In this document: positions 1-12,725 of the stretch, one piece after another
Layout of the letters: the number at the start of each line of letters is the position of its first letter
How positions within the stretch are numbered: position 1 is the first letter of the stretch
NCBI GenBank assembly: GCA_951406725.2
Contig: OX597825.1
Location: 72,540,001-72,604,000 of the forward strand
DNA length: 64,000 nt
Reading direction: 5' to 3'
DNA from: Octopus vulgaris
Lineage: Eukaryota
Notes under the pieces: generated by a model
Databases searched by the model: none
Seen by the model: only the letters and a program-made list of their open reading frames with translations
Told to the model about the DNA's origin: nothing
Program-made: the position numbers and the translations under genes

Positions 1-166
1 GTCGATTATACAATGATGTAAGAATAGGTCGTTTATAAGGCATGAAACACGTGTACCGCGACATCCTTTGTGTTCTGTTTTTTATTTCATTTGATGCATA
101 TACCCTCTCACCTCTGCTACTAGCTGGCGTATACAGGTGCTTACACATATCAAGTATACACCCTAA

Positions 167-203
<37 letters not shown>

Positions 204-1012
204 TATATATATATATTTATGTACATCCGTAAATTTTGATGGTGTCCACAGGGACGGTCACCATTCTAGACTAGAACTAGGTATGTATATATTGTTGTCT
301 ACATATGTAGAAGCGTAAAATAAGTGCAGGTTCATGCTTAAACATATACTTGCATGAGTATAAGTATATATTAACAAACATACACACTTGCACACGTACA
401 CACACACGCAGTCATGAAAGTATATATACGTGTGAGAGAGAGAGAGAAAGCGGAGAGTGAGAGAGAGAGAGAATATATAAGGTGTGTGAGTATACATGTA
501 TATTCATAAGCAGATGTATAAAATGCATCCATATAGACATGCACACCTCCATATCTTTATAAATACATGCATACACCAAGATATGTCTATGTATACATAT
601 AACTACGTACTCACATATTTAAAAAAATTTGCTTCTATTTTGTATTCATGTATTTTGTTATCTGTTTGTAGTCATTAATGATTCCCGCTTTGGTCCACTC
701 GTTATGAACCCAAGCCTTATCTCATGATGCTTAACAGTTCCTATCACAACATTAGCGCCCTGCTGTGATATTGGCAAAATGCATTTAATTTCAGTCGCCC
801 ACTAACTGGACACTTGGCTGCTAAAACGTACCCTCTGGAACTATAGATCTCTGATGTAAAAACTAGATTCAACTCATAATGGAATAACAGCTGACAAAAT
901 GCATAAACAATTAACTGACTTCGCCATTGTCGTCGTTGTAGTTGTCAATGCTGTTCGTAAGCTTTAAATTAGCTCTGATCGAGCAAAAGTTTGTTACACT
1001 GGTGGTAATTCA

Positions 1013-1308
1013 GTGCCTTATGAGAGCTCAAAATCTCTCGTGGAAGTGTCATCCAACCAAAATGCAAATATATGGGAAACTACCACCTGTGTCATCTCTT
1101 GTGAAAGGTAGGAGAGTCCAGTTTGCTGGATATTGTTGTAGAGCTGAAAACGAAGCAATTTCTACTCTTCTCCTCGCAATACCAGAGGGCGCACACTCTC
1201 CTACCCTGATTGAATCTCCAGGAACAGGACCTCCGTAATGCTATGATGGACCGTGAAGTCTGGCGTAGCATGGTAAATTCCATTGTCTCGACCACGGTCG
1301 AACAGTGA
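1013..1308 (+). mobile_element. 5'-truncated RTE-like LINE (C-terminal end of ORF2) with 13-bp TSD
   Basis: Translates LMRAQNLSWKCHPTKMQIYGKLPPVSSLVKGRRVQFAGYCCR...DLRNAMMDREVWRSMV, resembling RTE C-termini; TGGTGGTAATTCA duplicated at 1000-1012 and 1309-1321. Confidence 0.8.
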
Positions 1309-1433
1309 TGGTGGTAATTCAAAAAAAACAATGAACCGTCGATATTTGTTGATCTTCCATACCTTTTCCTTGTAGAGGACCACGCATATCTCCACAGAAA
1401 ATCGCAATGGTTTTTTATCATTGGGTATTATGT

Positions 1434-1725
1434 TTGTTCCTTCTCGAGCCATGCCTGGCTCATAAAGGCCGGTTTCCCGGTTTCCTTGGCGTATAGGTTC
1501 CCCCACCTGGACGGGACGCCGGTGAGCTGCTAGATGCAGAAGGAAAGAGTGAGAGAAAGTTGTGGCGAAAGAGTCAGCAGAAGTTCGCCATTACCTTCTG
1601 CCGGAGCCGCGTGGAGCTTAGGTGTTTCGCTCATAAATACACACATCACCCGGTCTGAGATTCGAACCTGCGATACCTCGACCGCGAGTCCGCTGCTCTA
1701 ACCACTACGCCATGTGCCTCCACAC
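1434..1725 (-). mobile_element. tRNA-derived SINE, family A (tail type 1)
   Basis: Minus strand has A box TGGCGTAGTGG and B box GGTTCGAATC; TSD TGGGTATTATGT at 1422-1433 and 1726-1737; head/body shared with six other copies in the window. Confidence 0.9.
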
Positions 1726-1845
1726 TGGGTATTATGTAGGAAACCGTAAATCTTTCCATCTCCTGCTGTCCACTGCTGACTTACGCCCTTCCTGAAATTG
1801 TTGATGCCGTGCCAAAATTCGAAACCAATATTTGATGTGATAGTT

Positions 1846-2066
1846 AAAGCGGCGAGCTGGCAGAAACGATTGTACGGAGGGTGAAATGCTTGGCAGCATT
1901 TCGTCCGTCATAACATTCTTGGTTCAAATTCCGCCGAGGTTGACTTGGTCTTTCATCCTTTTGAAGTCGATAAAATAGGTACCAGTTGAACACTTGGATC
2001 GATGTAATTGACTTAGGCCCTCCCCACACCAAATTCTTGGTCCTATCCCAAAATTTGAAATCATTA
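1846..2066 (+). mobile_element. SINE family B (GGCGGCGAGCTGGCAGAA head; CCTTTCATCCTTTCGGGGTCGATAAA core)
   Basis: About 10 homologous copies in the window; B-box-like GTTCAAATTCC; core resembles my recollection of the MetaSINE domain (unverified). Confidence 0.85.
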
Positions 2067-2384
2067 TTTGTTGTACAAATAATAGGGGTGTGATTTCATG
2101 CTAATGTATATCTCAAGACTTACTTCAATCCAACATAGTTGTTGAATTTTCGTTGAACAACAACAACTCTGACTGCGGATGGAAAAACTCGCTAAAGTAA
2201 CAGAAAAAATAGGTAATGGTGTTTAACAGTATTTCTTCACATTCTAAGTTCAAATCTCATCGAATTCAATTTTCTTTCTTCCGTGATCAATAAAAATACA
2301 GGGAGCCGATTAAATTAACTAACACCTTCTCTTAAAATTACCAAGAACCTAAACTAGAAATTATTATTACTATTAGTATATCTA

Positions 2385-2725
2385 AGGCGGTGAACTGGCA
2401 GAAACGTTAGCACGCCGGGTGAAATGCGTAGCCGTATTTCATCTGCCGCTACGTTCTGAGTTCAAATTCCGCCGAGGTCGACTTTACCTTTCATCCTTTC
2501 GGGGTCGATAAATTAAGTACCAGTTATGCACTGGGGTCGATGTAATCGACTTAATCCGTTTGTCTGTCCTTGTTTGTCCCCTCTGTGTTTAGCCCCTTAT
2601 GGGCAATAAAGAAATAAGAAACGTTAGCACGCCGGGCGAACAGCTTAGGTCGACTTTGCCTTTCATCCATTCGGGATCGGTAAAAATAAGTACCAGTCGG
2701 GCCCTGTATCTATAGTAGAAAGGAT
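2385..2725 (+). mobile_element. SINE family B, full copy followed by a partial second copy
   Basis: Same head/core as 1846-2066; tail ends GGCAATAAAGAAAT; sequence restarts at AGAAACGTTAGCACGCCGGG near 2617. Confidence 0.85.
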
Positions 2726-3048
2726 TATCATCATAATCAACATCATTTAACCGTGAGATGGTACATACTGAGATCTTTTGATAGTTAAATATCTTAGCAA
2801 CAGATTATGAACCACCAAGCACTCAGACATGTAGGTTGTGCTAATGTTGCTGATGATGATTGCTTTGTTTCCCTTTTGCTTTTTGTTTTTTTGGGGGGCG
2901 GGGGGGTTCCATTTACTCCCACAATATAAACCTGGACATTAATATCGCTGATAGGAAAGAGGGAGAGTGAGGAGAGGGAGAAGCGAAATATTACTCGGCA
3001 GCACGGAGCAGAAAGATTTCATAACGTCTAGAAAAGAAATTTAAGCGT

Positions 3049-3111
<63 letters not shown>

Positions 3112-3117
3112 ATGTGT

Positions 3118-3420
3118 GTGTGGTAAGTAGCTTGCTAACCAACCACATGGTTCCGGGTTCAGTCCCACTGCGTGGCATCTTGGGCAAGTGTCTTCTGCTA
3201 TAGCCCCGGGCCGACAAATGTCTTGTGAGTGGATTTGGTAGACGGAAACTGAAAGAAGCCTGTCGTATATATGTATAAGATTAATCAGCCGAAATTGCGA
3301 AGATGATCTGGTTCTTGACTGATGACTGAGGGCTTCGAATGTCCCGTCCTGTGGTTCTTGTGTCGTCTCTTTGGTGTTTCATGTTCTTGTCCATGTCTGT
3401 ATTTATTTTTTACTGTTTAC

Positions 3421-3480
<60 letters not shown>

Positions 3481-3635
3481 GTGTTTGTGTGTTTTCTGGT
3501 GTGTTTACGTCCCCGTCACTTAGAATAAGTACTGGGCTTACAAAGAATAAGTCCTGGAGTCGATTTGCTAGACTAAAGGTGGTGCTCCAGCATGGCCGCA
3601 GTCAAATGACTGAAACAAGTAAAAGAATAAAAGAG
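3118..3635 (+). mobile_element. SINE family C (GTGTGGTAAGTAGCTTGC...CAAATGACTGAAACAAG) interrupted by a ~145 bp insert and microsatellite
   Basis: Matches copies at 24716-25132, 35001-35385 and 57481-57890. Confidence 0.85.
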
Positions 3636-4082
3636 TATATATTCAAATACCAGTTTAATAATAAATAGCGTTTGAGTCTGCAATCTGCAGATCGGCTGTG
3701 GAGGCGTTTGAAGAAAATGAATAATTATAACATAACCAAATACAAACACACACACAACACACATAGATACATGTATATATATATATGTGTGTGTGGAACA
3801 ACTTGTACTGCAACGTGTTAGAGCATCGAATACCACAGAAACCGATCTGATCGATTGACAAAGGCGGGTTTAGAAGAAAGAAAGAAAAGGCGTGTTTAGT
3901 AAAGCGAGATATCATTCATTCTTGAACAAAATTTTGGATGAGTGTGATTCGAAAGCCATTAAGAAGAAACTTAAGAATAAACGGTAAAATATGAAGAACA
4001 TACATGCATACGTCCACACACAGAGACACACGTATATATATATGTGTGTGTATGTGTGTGTGTGTATGTGTGTGTGTGTGTA

Positions 4083-4172
<90 letters not shown>

Positions 4173-4221
4173 TATTTCATATTTATGTGTTTATCGTATA
4201 TATATATATATATATATACCT

Positions 4222-4258
<37 letters not shown>

Positions 4259-4859
4259 TTAATACATTACATACACACACGTATATATATATGTGGGGAG
4301 AGAGAGAGGGTGGATGGAGGGATGGAGGGAGGGAGAGAGAGAGACATGCGCAACAGTGTGTCAGTGAATAAAAAAGAAAATGAGGAGAAACAAAGTTTCC
4401 AATAAGGAAATTCTAATAGCAAGAACTGGTTTTTGGTTTTTGATTATTGGCTCTTGGATTTTGTTGTTTTTGTTTTTGTTTTTTTTTCTTTTTTTTTTTT
4501 TCCTTTCTAATCTACTGAGTCAATTAAGCGGAAAAAGAAGCAATATTTTACGACTGAAGACTTTGGAGATATGTCTTTTCATCCATAACTATTTTTTTTT
4601 TATTCAAAAACAAAAATATATATATATATATATATACACATATAGAGGGAGAGGAAGAAAGCAATGGCTCATCCATTGGCAATGGTGTTGCTATAGAAAT
4701 AGAATAAGATTGCGACACATAATACTATCGATGTTTTAAACGAAGAAAACCAACAATACAAGCATGGACGACGATAATAAAGATTGAAATGTATAGCATA
4801 TAATTCGTGTATGCGTCCATGTATGTATATATGTGTGTGTGTATACACGCAAACACATG

Positions 4860-4912
<53 letters not shown>

Positions 4913-5000
4913 TATTTGTTTATTTTGATTATCATTTAAAATCCGATATTTTATGCATTATATAAGATGTCTGCGCAATGTTTTGCGTAGATTACGAGCA

Positions 5001-5127
<127 letters not shown>

Positions 5128-5262
5128 AGGCGTGTGTGCAACTCTGCGTAGTTTTGCGTCCACAAACAAGAAGTTATTCAACAGAAAAGCATAACACACA
5201 CACACACACACACATGTATATGTATGTACGCAGGTATGCATTCTTCGTTCCTCTTATCAAAC

Positions 5263-7430
5263 ATGGTTGTGTCCAGAATAGGCAGCGTTAGTGCACATAC
5301 CCAGCGGTCAGCTGAGAACGACACTAAATATAGATTTGATTGTCCATCTGCGAGACCAGAGTCTCCGATCCATGAGTCTCGATGTGAGATTTACTTATTT
5401 CCATTTCACCCAGGAAATAGAAGGCGGAGCTTCGACTATGTTTCGGGTGGTTATGTATCTCAAGATACGGACCGTCTACTTAGAAAAGGGGCCTCCACAC
5501 CAGTAGCTCTTTACGCCTCGATAAGGGCGGGACAGTAGTATTCCTTCAAGTGTCTGCATATTTTCTTGGGAACATCCCACTATTTTGAGCTAGTGAGCGA
5601 GTGGAACGTCATCTTGGATGCATGCTTGGATTGTGTTGGACGAGGTGATAAGAGTGGAGTGCAAGAGCACCTGTCAAGCCTCTTCAGACGCTTCCAACGA
5701 CTCGATTTCCTGAATGTGCCAATATGATTGAAGACAAATCGCATCGGGTCATCTAGTTCGTATCTAGAGTTTCTGGTAGGACAGTAGATAAGATGGTTTC
5801 CAATTCGAAATGTTCAGCAACACAGACTACACATTTCAAATCTGTACGATCAAATTAGATAGGCTTGTTAGCAGGGTTTGGGTTACTGTAAGGTGAAAGC
5901 CTCGCTTCCAGAGCACTAAACTTACAGAGTCCGCATTAGGGAATTGGATAAGCAGGAGTTTACAGGGTCAAACATGAACAACAAAGTGTAGTTTGACCTG
6001 AAATGGGCAATTTGAGTAGAATCAATAAGGTTTTGTTTAGATGTAGCGATAGTAAAAATTTGAATAGAGGGAAACTTAGAAACTTAGAAGAGGCGTTTAG
6101 GAAAGGTTATGAAACCGACGGGCCCAGAGCGAAATGACTACTGGCAGGATCAACCAGGTATCATCGAGACGACGAGAAAACGAAGCGAGCGCCGCGGCGG
6201 CGGCAAGCCACCGCCGAGCGGCCGAGAGGAAGAAGCGGAATCGGCAGCCCGAAGACGATGATGTCCTCCGGCGGCGAGCGTCAGAGCTAGGGCACGAGCT
6301 CTATAACATGACGGAACCAAATATGCTGGTGGATCCGAGTAGCGGAGGTGCATCGCGGCAACAAAGCCCAGATTTTGTCTTTAGATGAAGGAAAGAGGCG
6401 CATTTCAACAATAATTTCGCTCGACTGTTTGGGAAGACCGGAAGGCCAGATGAAGGTCTGTGCCCATATCGACGGCACGCTGCGATTCTCAGAAAGGGAG
6501 TCGAAGTGTTGTGAAAAGCTGATATCAGCCGCAGAAATACGGGAGGCAAATATTGGCTGCACAGAGAATAAATCGCCTAGTCTACTCTACGAGCTTTACT
6601 TTTATATGCCAGACTTGTTTGGCAGCTTCTTGGCAGACATCTACTGCAACTGTAGAGGAAGGGAAGAATTCTCAGCTTTGTGAGTAAAGGAACGGTAACA
6701 CTGCAGGGAAAGGGCCAAAACAAAAAAATTCACATCGATAGTTTTAAGGCCATAACTCCTACTAAATGTAGATTTAAAAATTTTGGCCAAAGAGTTAGTC
6801 AAGAGATTGACGCTTGTCGATTGTTTTGTAATGCACAATCTTGCGCCATCCCAAACAGATATATCCACGGCAATCTTCACCTTACGGTGATAAAGAACCT
6901 GGCATTAGTGGGGCTCCAATAAAATGGAATCAATGAAATACTTTCTCTCAGGTCGATCACCAATACATGCCGGCAGTTCTCACAGCGACCGGTTTCGTTA
7001 CTATGTTACTCGGCTAGGTTGCTGCAATATACAGCGAGATCTGTTCGATGGTTCGGGTTAATCGTTACCTATAAGAACTACACAATATCATACGCTCGGT
7101 CCATCAAATCTGCCTTCCCGCCTCGTCTCTCTTATATCCACAAACTCTTGAGCGACTGCTGCAGAAATAGGTGCCATTGAGGTGCAAGCTGCGCGAACTA
7201 GGACATGGAGGTACTGTGTCAACATACTCTGATGTCACCGTCATAATTTCGGACACCAGGCACATTGACTTGATCTGAACTGTTCTGGGGAAATACGAAG
7301 CGATAACAGGAGCAAAAAACATCAACCAAGAAAAGCCAGTAGATCGGCACCTAGAGAAGCAGGCCCATGTCGCCCATGTAGAAAGCTCAACAGACGGACC
7401 AGTTAAATTGAGATTGAAGTTCCAGATGAC
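5263..7430 (+). mobile_element. Decayed Tx1/L1-clade LINE ORF2 (APE endonuclease + reverse transcriptase), many stops and frameshifts
   Basis: APE-like remnants IDLIV/ICETR, LVSEWNVILD (GDFN-like), GYCKVKASL (GYWKLN-like); RT remnants KSPS-LLYELY, RPITLLNVDLKILAK, QSCAIPNRYIH, YEAITGAKN. Confidence 0.85.
6132..6275 (-). pseudogene. Dispersed rDNA fragment: putative 3' end of 5'ETS plus first 27 nt of 18S rRNA
   Basis: Reverse complement of 6134-6160 is TACCTGGTTGATCCTGCCAGTAGTCAT, the conserved eukaryotic 18S 5' end; adjoining 6161-6275 is very GC-rich (ETS identity inferred). Confidence 0.85.
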
Positions 7431-7941
7431 CATGTGTGTGTGTGTATTTTGTGTTTGTGTTTGTCTCCTCACCACCGCTTGGCATTCGGTCTTGATTTAT
7501 TTAAGTCCACGTGACCTAGTGATTGGAAAAATGAAATTGATTCAGATCCATGTGTCTTAAGGTCTGGTGGGCTCGTAACATGAGTCTAACTTTTCGGGCT
7601 TCGTTAAGTTGCATGGCGCCCAATCAAACTGACATTAAATAACATATATAACACAAAGCAAATGTGTTGAGTGTAACTTTACTTTCGTCTGGTGACTCAC
7701 TCCTCTGTGCGTGTATATATATATATATATATATATATACTGTATAATAACTGTATATAATATATATCATAATGATATTTAATCTCCGATTTTAAAGTGA
7801 CATTTGTTTAAATATAAACAAATGACCGGAAAATGATGAGCTAACCTCAGGCTCAATCGAACCCACAAATCGTAGCTGTCATGGCTCCTGGCGAATCTGA
7901 TTGGCCAAACGCTCAACCATCAATTTCAGTCAAATTTAGTT

Positions 7942-8245
7942 TGTTTGTTTTTTTCTTTTTTGCGCCATTTTCAAGCCTAGCCAGGCTCATGGGCCCGGTT
8001 TTCCGGTTTCAGTGGCGCATGTGTTCCCCACCCCCAGCTGGACGGGATGCCAGTCCATCGCAGCGTTACCCAAGAAACAGGAAGAAAGAGTGAGAGAAAG
8101 TTGGGGTGAAAGAGTACAACAAGGGTCGCCACCACCCCCTGCCGAAGCCTCGTGGAGCTTTAGGTGTTTTCGCTCAATAAACACACACAACGCCCGGTTT
8201 GGGAATCGAAACCGCGATCGTCCTACTGGGCCATTGCGCCTCCAC
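7942..8245 (-). mobile_element. SINE family A (tail type 1)
   Basis: Family A head/body; TSD CAAATTTAGTT at 7931-7941 and 8246-8256. Confidence 0.85.
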
Positions 8246-8491
8246 CAAATTTAGTTAATATATACTTAAACTGTCTGAATACTACATAAATAATATTTTT
8301 ATAAACAAACCCGAAAGGCTTTGCGAGTTACGGAGAGAAAGTTACTATGGAAGGCTCATAGTATGATAACTGTACAACAACTGTATTTAACATATATCAT
8401 AATGATATTTAATCTATCGCGGTTCATTATTTAATCTTACATCGATTCTTCCGTGGTGCTGTTTCGCATTTATAATAAAATGAATATATAC

Positions 8492-8837
8492 AAAACAATT
8501 GCAGCGTGGAAGGTGTTTCTAAGCCATTTAAGAAACACACAAAAGCCGTTCGATTCACTTCAACATTTAAGTTTAATTTGTCAAAATATTTTCGTCGCTA
8601 AAATCCGCGACCTGTTCACTGACAAAAATCCGAGATGCAGCACGGATTTTTGTCAATGAACAGGTCGCGGATTTTAGCGACGAAAATATTTTGACAAATT
8701 AAACTTAAATGTTCAAGTGAATCGTACGGCTTTTGTGTGTTTCTTAAATGGCTTACAAACACCTTCCACGCTGCAATTGTTTTCGTTTCAGCACATGATC
8801 TCAGATCAAATCACTTGCTATGCAAGTACATCTCCGG
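8492..8837. mobile_element. Fold-back Penelope-like remnant: 141-bp inverted arms (8492-8632 / 8643-8783) plus 54-bp one-sided tail
   Basis: Near-perfect palindrome; each arm contains a hammerhead motif; AATATATA repeated at both flanks. Confidence 0.8.
8577..8626 (-). ncRNA. Minimal type I hammerhead ribozyme motif, G3-C8 variant (second copy on + at 8649-8698 has A3)
   Basis: TTTGTCA|GTGAACA|G|GTCGC-ggatttta-GCGAC|GAAA-ATAT-T|T|TGACAAA: 7-bp stem I, 5-bp stem II, palindromic stem III. Confidence 0.7.
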
Positions 8838-9187
8838 AATATATATAAATTATAAAAATAATTTTAAAAATATACAATACAGTACTGTTTTTACTTCGCG
8901 GATATTCACCTATAGCGGGGGGTTTGGGAAAGTAACACGTGCGATAATCGAGGGATTACTGTATATATAAGTAAGTACGATCCGGGATCCGAGTGCAGGG
9001 ATGTAATAATCGTCGAGCATAATGCATCTGGTTTAGATAGCAAAAGGTGGACAATGTATGATTAAATAAGGTTACTAACATCGTGAACCACACATTTTGT
9101 CCCATATTGAAATCAATGGAAATTTCAATAAGCAGACGACCAAATATTCATATTTACACACACACACACGAACATATATATATGTAT

Positions 9188-9378
9188 ATAAAGGGAAAGT
9201 TTACGAAAATAAACAAAGGACGAAAGCAGGTAGAGTACAAACAAACAAATGTATTAGTATGGCGCTCTGGGATAGAAAAAGTCTTTTACGTTTCGAGCCT
9301 ACGCTCTTCGACAGAAAGATACACAGAAAAAAACAAGGACAGAAAAAATGCGTGTAGGAACTAACGATCTATCATGGC
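9188..9378 (-). mobile_element. Penelope-like terminal (pLTR) fragment with hammerhead motif at 9282-9319
   Basis: TCTTT|CTGTCGA|A|GAGC-gtag-GCTC|GAAA-CG-T|A|AAAGA; homologous copy at 62049-62220. Confidence 0.7.
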
Positions 9379-9524
9379 ATCCTATAAATAAATATATATA
9401 TATATATCTCCCCGTCTGTCTTGATAGACAATGGGTTGCGCCAAGGGTGGGGCCTACTTTGATGATGTGCAGCGTCTGCTGTGACTGAACAGTCCAATTC
9501 TAGAGTGGCAGTCCTTGGTACAGT

Positions 9525-9584
<60 letters not shown>

Positions 9585-10172
9585 TTTCAATACAGAATAT
9601 ATTTTTTACTGCAAAAGTTATAGAAGACTTTTGCAAATGAACTTGAAAATAAAATATAATATAAAATTTCATTAAGTTTAAAGTTTTTGCGTAACATATA
9701 AAATTATGTACATATATTTACATATGCTGACATTCAGGCGCACATCCACAAGTACAGAGAGAAATGCACACACACACACACACACACACAGATGAGAGAA
9801 AGACAGGCAGGTATATAGATACACAGATATTGGAAAATGTATCAACATACACATACATAAGTAATTACATATGCAGGTAAATAACTACACATACATACAC
9901 TCTCACAGACAAACACATAACACACACTCACACATACACACATACACGCGCACACACATATGTGTATTGATTTATTTTACGACGAAAGACAGTATATTTT
10001 TTTATCTATATTATTTTAAATTGTAGTTTTTTTACACTCGTTTTCCCCTTATCTTTTCCTCTACTTGTCGTTTCCTTAGAAGCTTTAAAAGAATATATTG
10101 ACTCCGCTGGATCAAGCAGTTTTATCGAAAAGTATAGAAATTGTTATGACACCCAGTCGATAGCTGATGAGG

Positions 10173-10551
10173 TTTTCGTTCTATTCTATATATTTTATTT
10201 TCGCTTTTCCGTTCTATGTTTTTCTTCCAATTGTGTATGCAAAGTGCCTTTCCCTATCAACATAGCGACTGCTCCATCCTCACAAATGATTGCCGTCTCC
10301 TTGTACTTTCTTGTTGTCAGTGACATTTATGACTTTCCGTCCATGACCTCTCCCATGACTATTTTCGTCTATTCTATGTATTTTATTTTCGCTTTTCCGT
10401 TCTATGTCTTTCTTCCAATTGTGTATGCAAAGTGCATTTCCCTATCAACATAGCGACTGCTCCATCCTCACAAATGATTGCCGTCTCCTTGTACTTTCTT
10501 GTTGTCAGTGGCATTTCTGACTTTCCGTCCATGACCTCTCCCATGACTATT
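10173..10551. repeat. Tandem duplication, ~189 bp x2
   Basis: TTTTCG(T)TCTATTCTA...CCATGACTATT occurs at 10173 and 10362 with few mismatches. Confidence 0.9.
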
Positions 10552-10885
10552 CAGTCTTGTTGCAGATCTACAGGGTTTCAAGCATAGGTGACAGACGAAA
10601 TTTGTAACTTACTATGAATTTCCTAACAGGTCTGAACACGTTACCACTCATCCATTGCCTTAGGACTTTCAGCAGATAGAATGACAAATGAGGTCACCGT
10701 AAAAAAACATTTGTACGTCATTGGATTATAGTGGTAAACTCTTGTACAACACAAGTAACTCTCTCTCTGAGCTTCCGTAATTAGTACTTAGTGACAAGCC
10801 GAAGTGAGATAACCATTAATCCGCTGGTATTATATCAGTGTCCTTCTCTTAGAAGGATACTGCAACATTCACAAATAGAAGCATA

Positions 10886-11030
10886 CCAGGTTGAGTCAAA
10901 AGTGTTTCGATGTTTCAGGCTTTGATTAATACTTCAAATTACATAGGAAAAACGTTTATTCATCAAAATACATCATATTCTATTGTCTGTTTCCATCGTT
11001 GTGCCAGAAGCTCAATTCCACGCTTATACA
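10886..11030 (-). mobile_element. mariner 3' end in inverted orientation
   Basis: Minus strand encodes YKRGIELLAQRWKQTIE (mariner C-terminus); ends in TIR-like CCAGGTTGAG next to TA. Confidence 0.65.
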
Positions 11031-11106
11031 TTTGGCTGGAAGCTAATGTCTTGCTTTGTGAAGGACCAAGTTCTATCAACTATGTGAAAGATGATATCTT
11101 GCTTAA

Positions 11107-11237
11107 AATATTCTGTTGTGTCTGGGGAGAGTAATTTTCTTTTTGTGCCTTATAATGTAACACACTCACCGGTATAATTTCCACTTATTTTTATTTTCCT
11201 GACATTTTCGTTGCGTCTTCCAACATTTTTAATAGTC
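11107..11237 (-). mobile_element. Penelope-like fragment, same family as 36142-36397, with degenerate hammerhead
   Basis: High similarity to 36189-36322. Confidence 0.75.
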
Positions 11238-11920
11238 TTGCTTAAATTAGTTGAACAACAGCCAAACACAATCACTCGTAAATTGTCGGTAGACTTTGGT
11301 CCTTCACAAAACACCATCAACCGACATCTCCCTAAGTTCGGCCTTGTGAATAGACGCTGTCGAGAAGTTCCTCTTGAACTGATCAATCTCAACTGACCAA
11401 GCTCAACGACGTGTGAACATTTGTAAAGAACTGCCGTCAAAATCTCTAGCTGCCTGTTTTTGGCGTCGAATTGTAATTGGGAATGAAAAATGTATCTATT
11501 TTCGTAATCTTAAGAGAAATAACTGCCTTCGTTCTGGCCAGACTTCAGAACCGGTCGTCAAACAAAGGTGATTTGAACAGGTCATGCTGTATGTTTGGTG
11601 GAATTTCGAGAGATGTATTTTGGGGTGGTCATGCTGCGAATGTACACATTTATGCTCAACAAATGCAGCGAGTATATGATGCTTTGAACGTCTGGCATTG
11701 GTCAATCAAAGATACGCACTCCTACAGCATTACAATCTTCCAACGTATGCAACAAATATGACCAAGTGCAAACTTGATTAACTTCAGGGTCTGGAGGTTC
11801 TACTTCACCTTCCTACAGTTCAGACCTTACACCATCAGATGACCACCTTTTCCGAGTCATGGTTCATTTCCTACACAGATGGAGGTTCAAAAATGTGCAT
11901 AAGGTTGAAAATGGATGCTG
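11238..11920 (+). mobile_element. Decayed mariner transposase
   Basis: LVEQQPNTITRKLS...TINRHL...VPLEL (WVPHEL-like), RIVIGNEK (TGDEKW-like), DLTPSDDHLFR (YSPDLAPSDYHLF-like). Confidence 0.85.
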
Positions 11921-12249
11921 GAAAATAATCTTATGGAATTTGTAACAAGAAACGTATAACCAGTAATTCAACATCACGATAAAAAAATGTGATTCTCTGA
12001 AATTGCAGCATACAATAAATTAGTATCTTATGTGTTTGCTGTGCAGTATTTATACCAGGATATAAGCTAACCAATCGGACGCCAGATGAGATTTGGGTTA
12101 TCGATGTTAAATCCAGAAAACTATTAACTATTACTATGAATTTTCACATCAACTGTGATATGGACTGTCTCCAACCTAAAACGTAAACAAGGTAGCAGAG
12201 GCTAAACATTGATCTAAATAGCTTTGGAATGCAACATCATATCCCATCG

Positions 12250-12410
12250 ACATCAACTCATACCACTAAATGTCAAAGCGCCCCCAAGAATTAATCTACA
12301 TACATGAGGTCGTTGATATTATGAAATTTGAAAAGAGGCATTTAGAAAGATTTCCTTGACTTGTTACCTAAAATTCTTAACCAGAAAAATTTGACGACTC
12401 CACCACAATA
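12250..12410 (+). mobile_element. Possible CR1/L2-like LINE 3' remnant
   Basis: Frameshifted remnant resembling the 'FKRHLDRFL..VP' CR1 C-terminus; weak. Confidence 0.35.
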
Positions 12411-12507
12411 GGCCATCATATGAGAAGCTGTATGGACCCCAGTAGAAGGCTGTGCATACCTGTGTTGCCAGAAGGCTTCGAGATGTCAATGATATAGATA
12501 ACTGAAC

Positions 12508-12725
12508 TAAAGCGGCAAGCTGGCAAAATCGTTAGCCCGATACTAAGCTACTGAGCGGCATTTCATCAGTCTTTACGTTCTGAGTTCAAATTCCGCCGAG
12601 GTCGATTTTGCCTTTCATCCTTTCGGGCTCTATAAAATAAGTACCAGTTGAGCATTGGGGTCGATATAACCGACTTACCTCCACCCCCGAACTTGCTGGC
12701 TTTGTGCCAAAATTAAAAATCAATA
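12508..12725 (+). mobile_element. SINE family B
   Basis: Family B head and core. Confidence 0.85.

Larger units (their letters stand above)
8413..8961 (+). mobile_element. 5'-truncated Tc1/pogo-type MITE, interrupted by a fold-back element
   Basis: 8413-8490 and 8838-8961 are colinear with the intact MITE at 60940-61159; right TIR GAGGGATTACTG followed by TA. Confidence 0.8.

Noticed and set aside
6134-6160. Functional 18S gene or an rDNA-targeted retrotransposon site
   Set aside because: Only 27 nt of 18S are present and they lie inside the LINE ORF rather than flanking it
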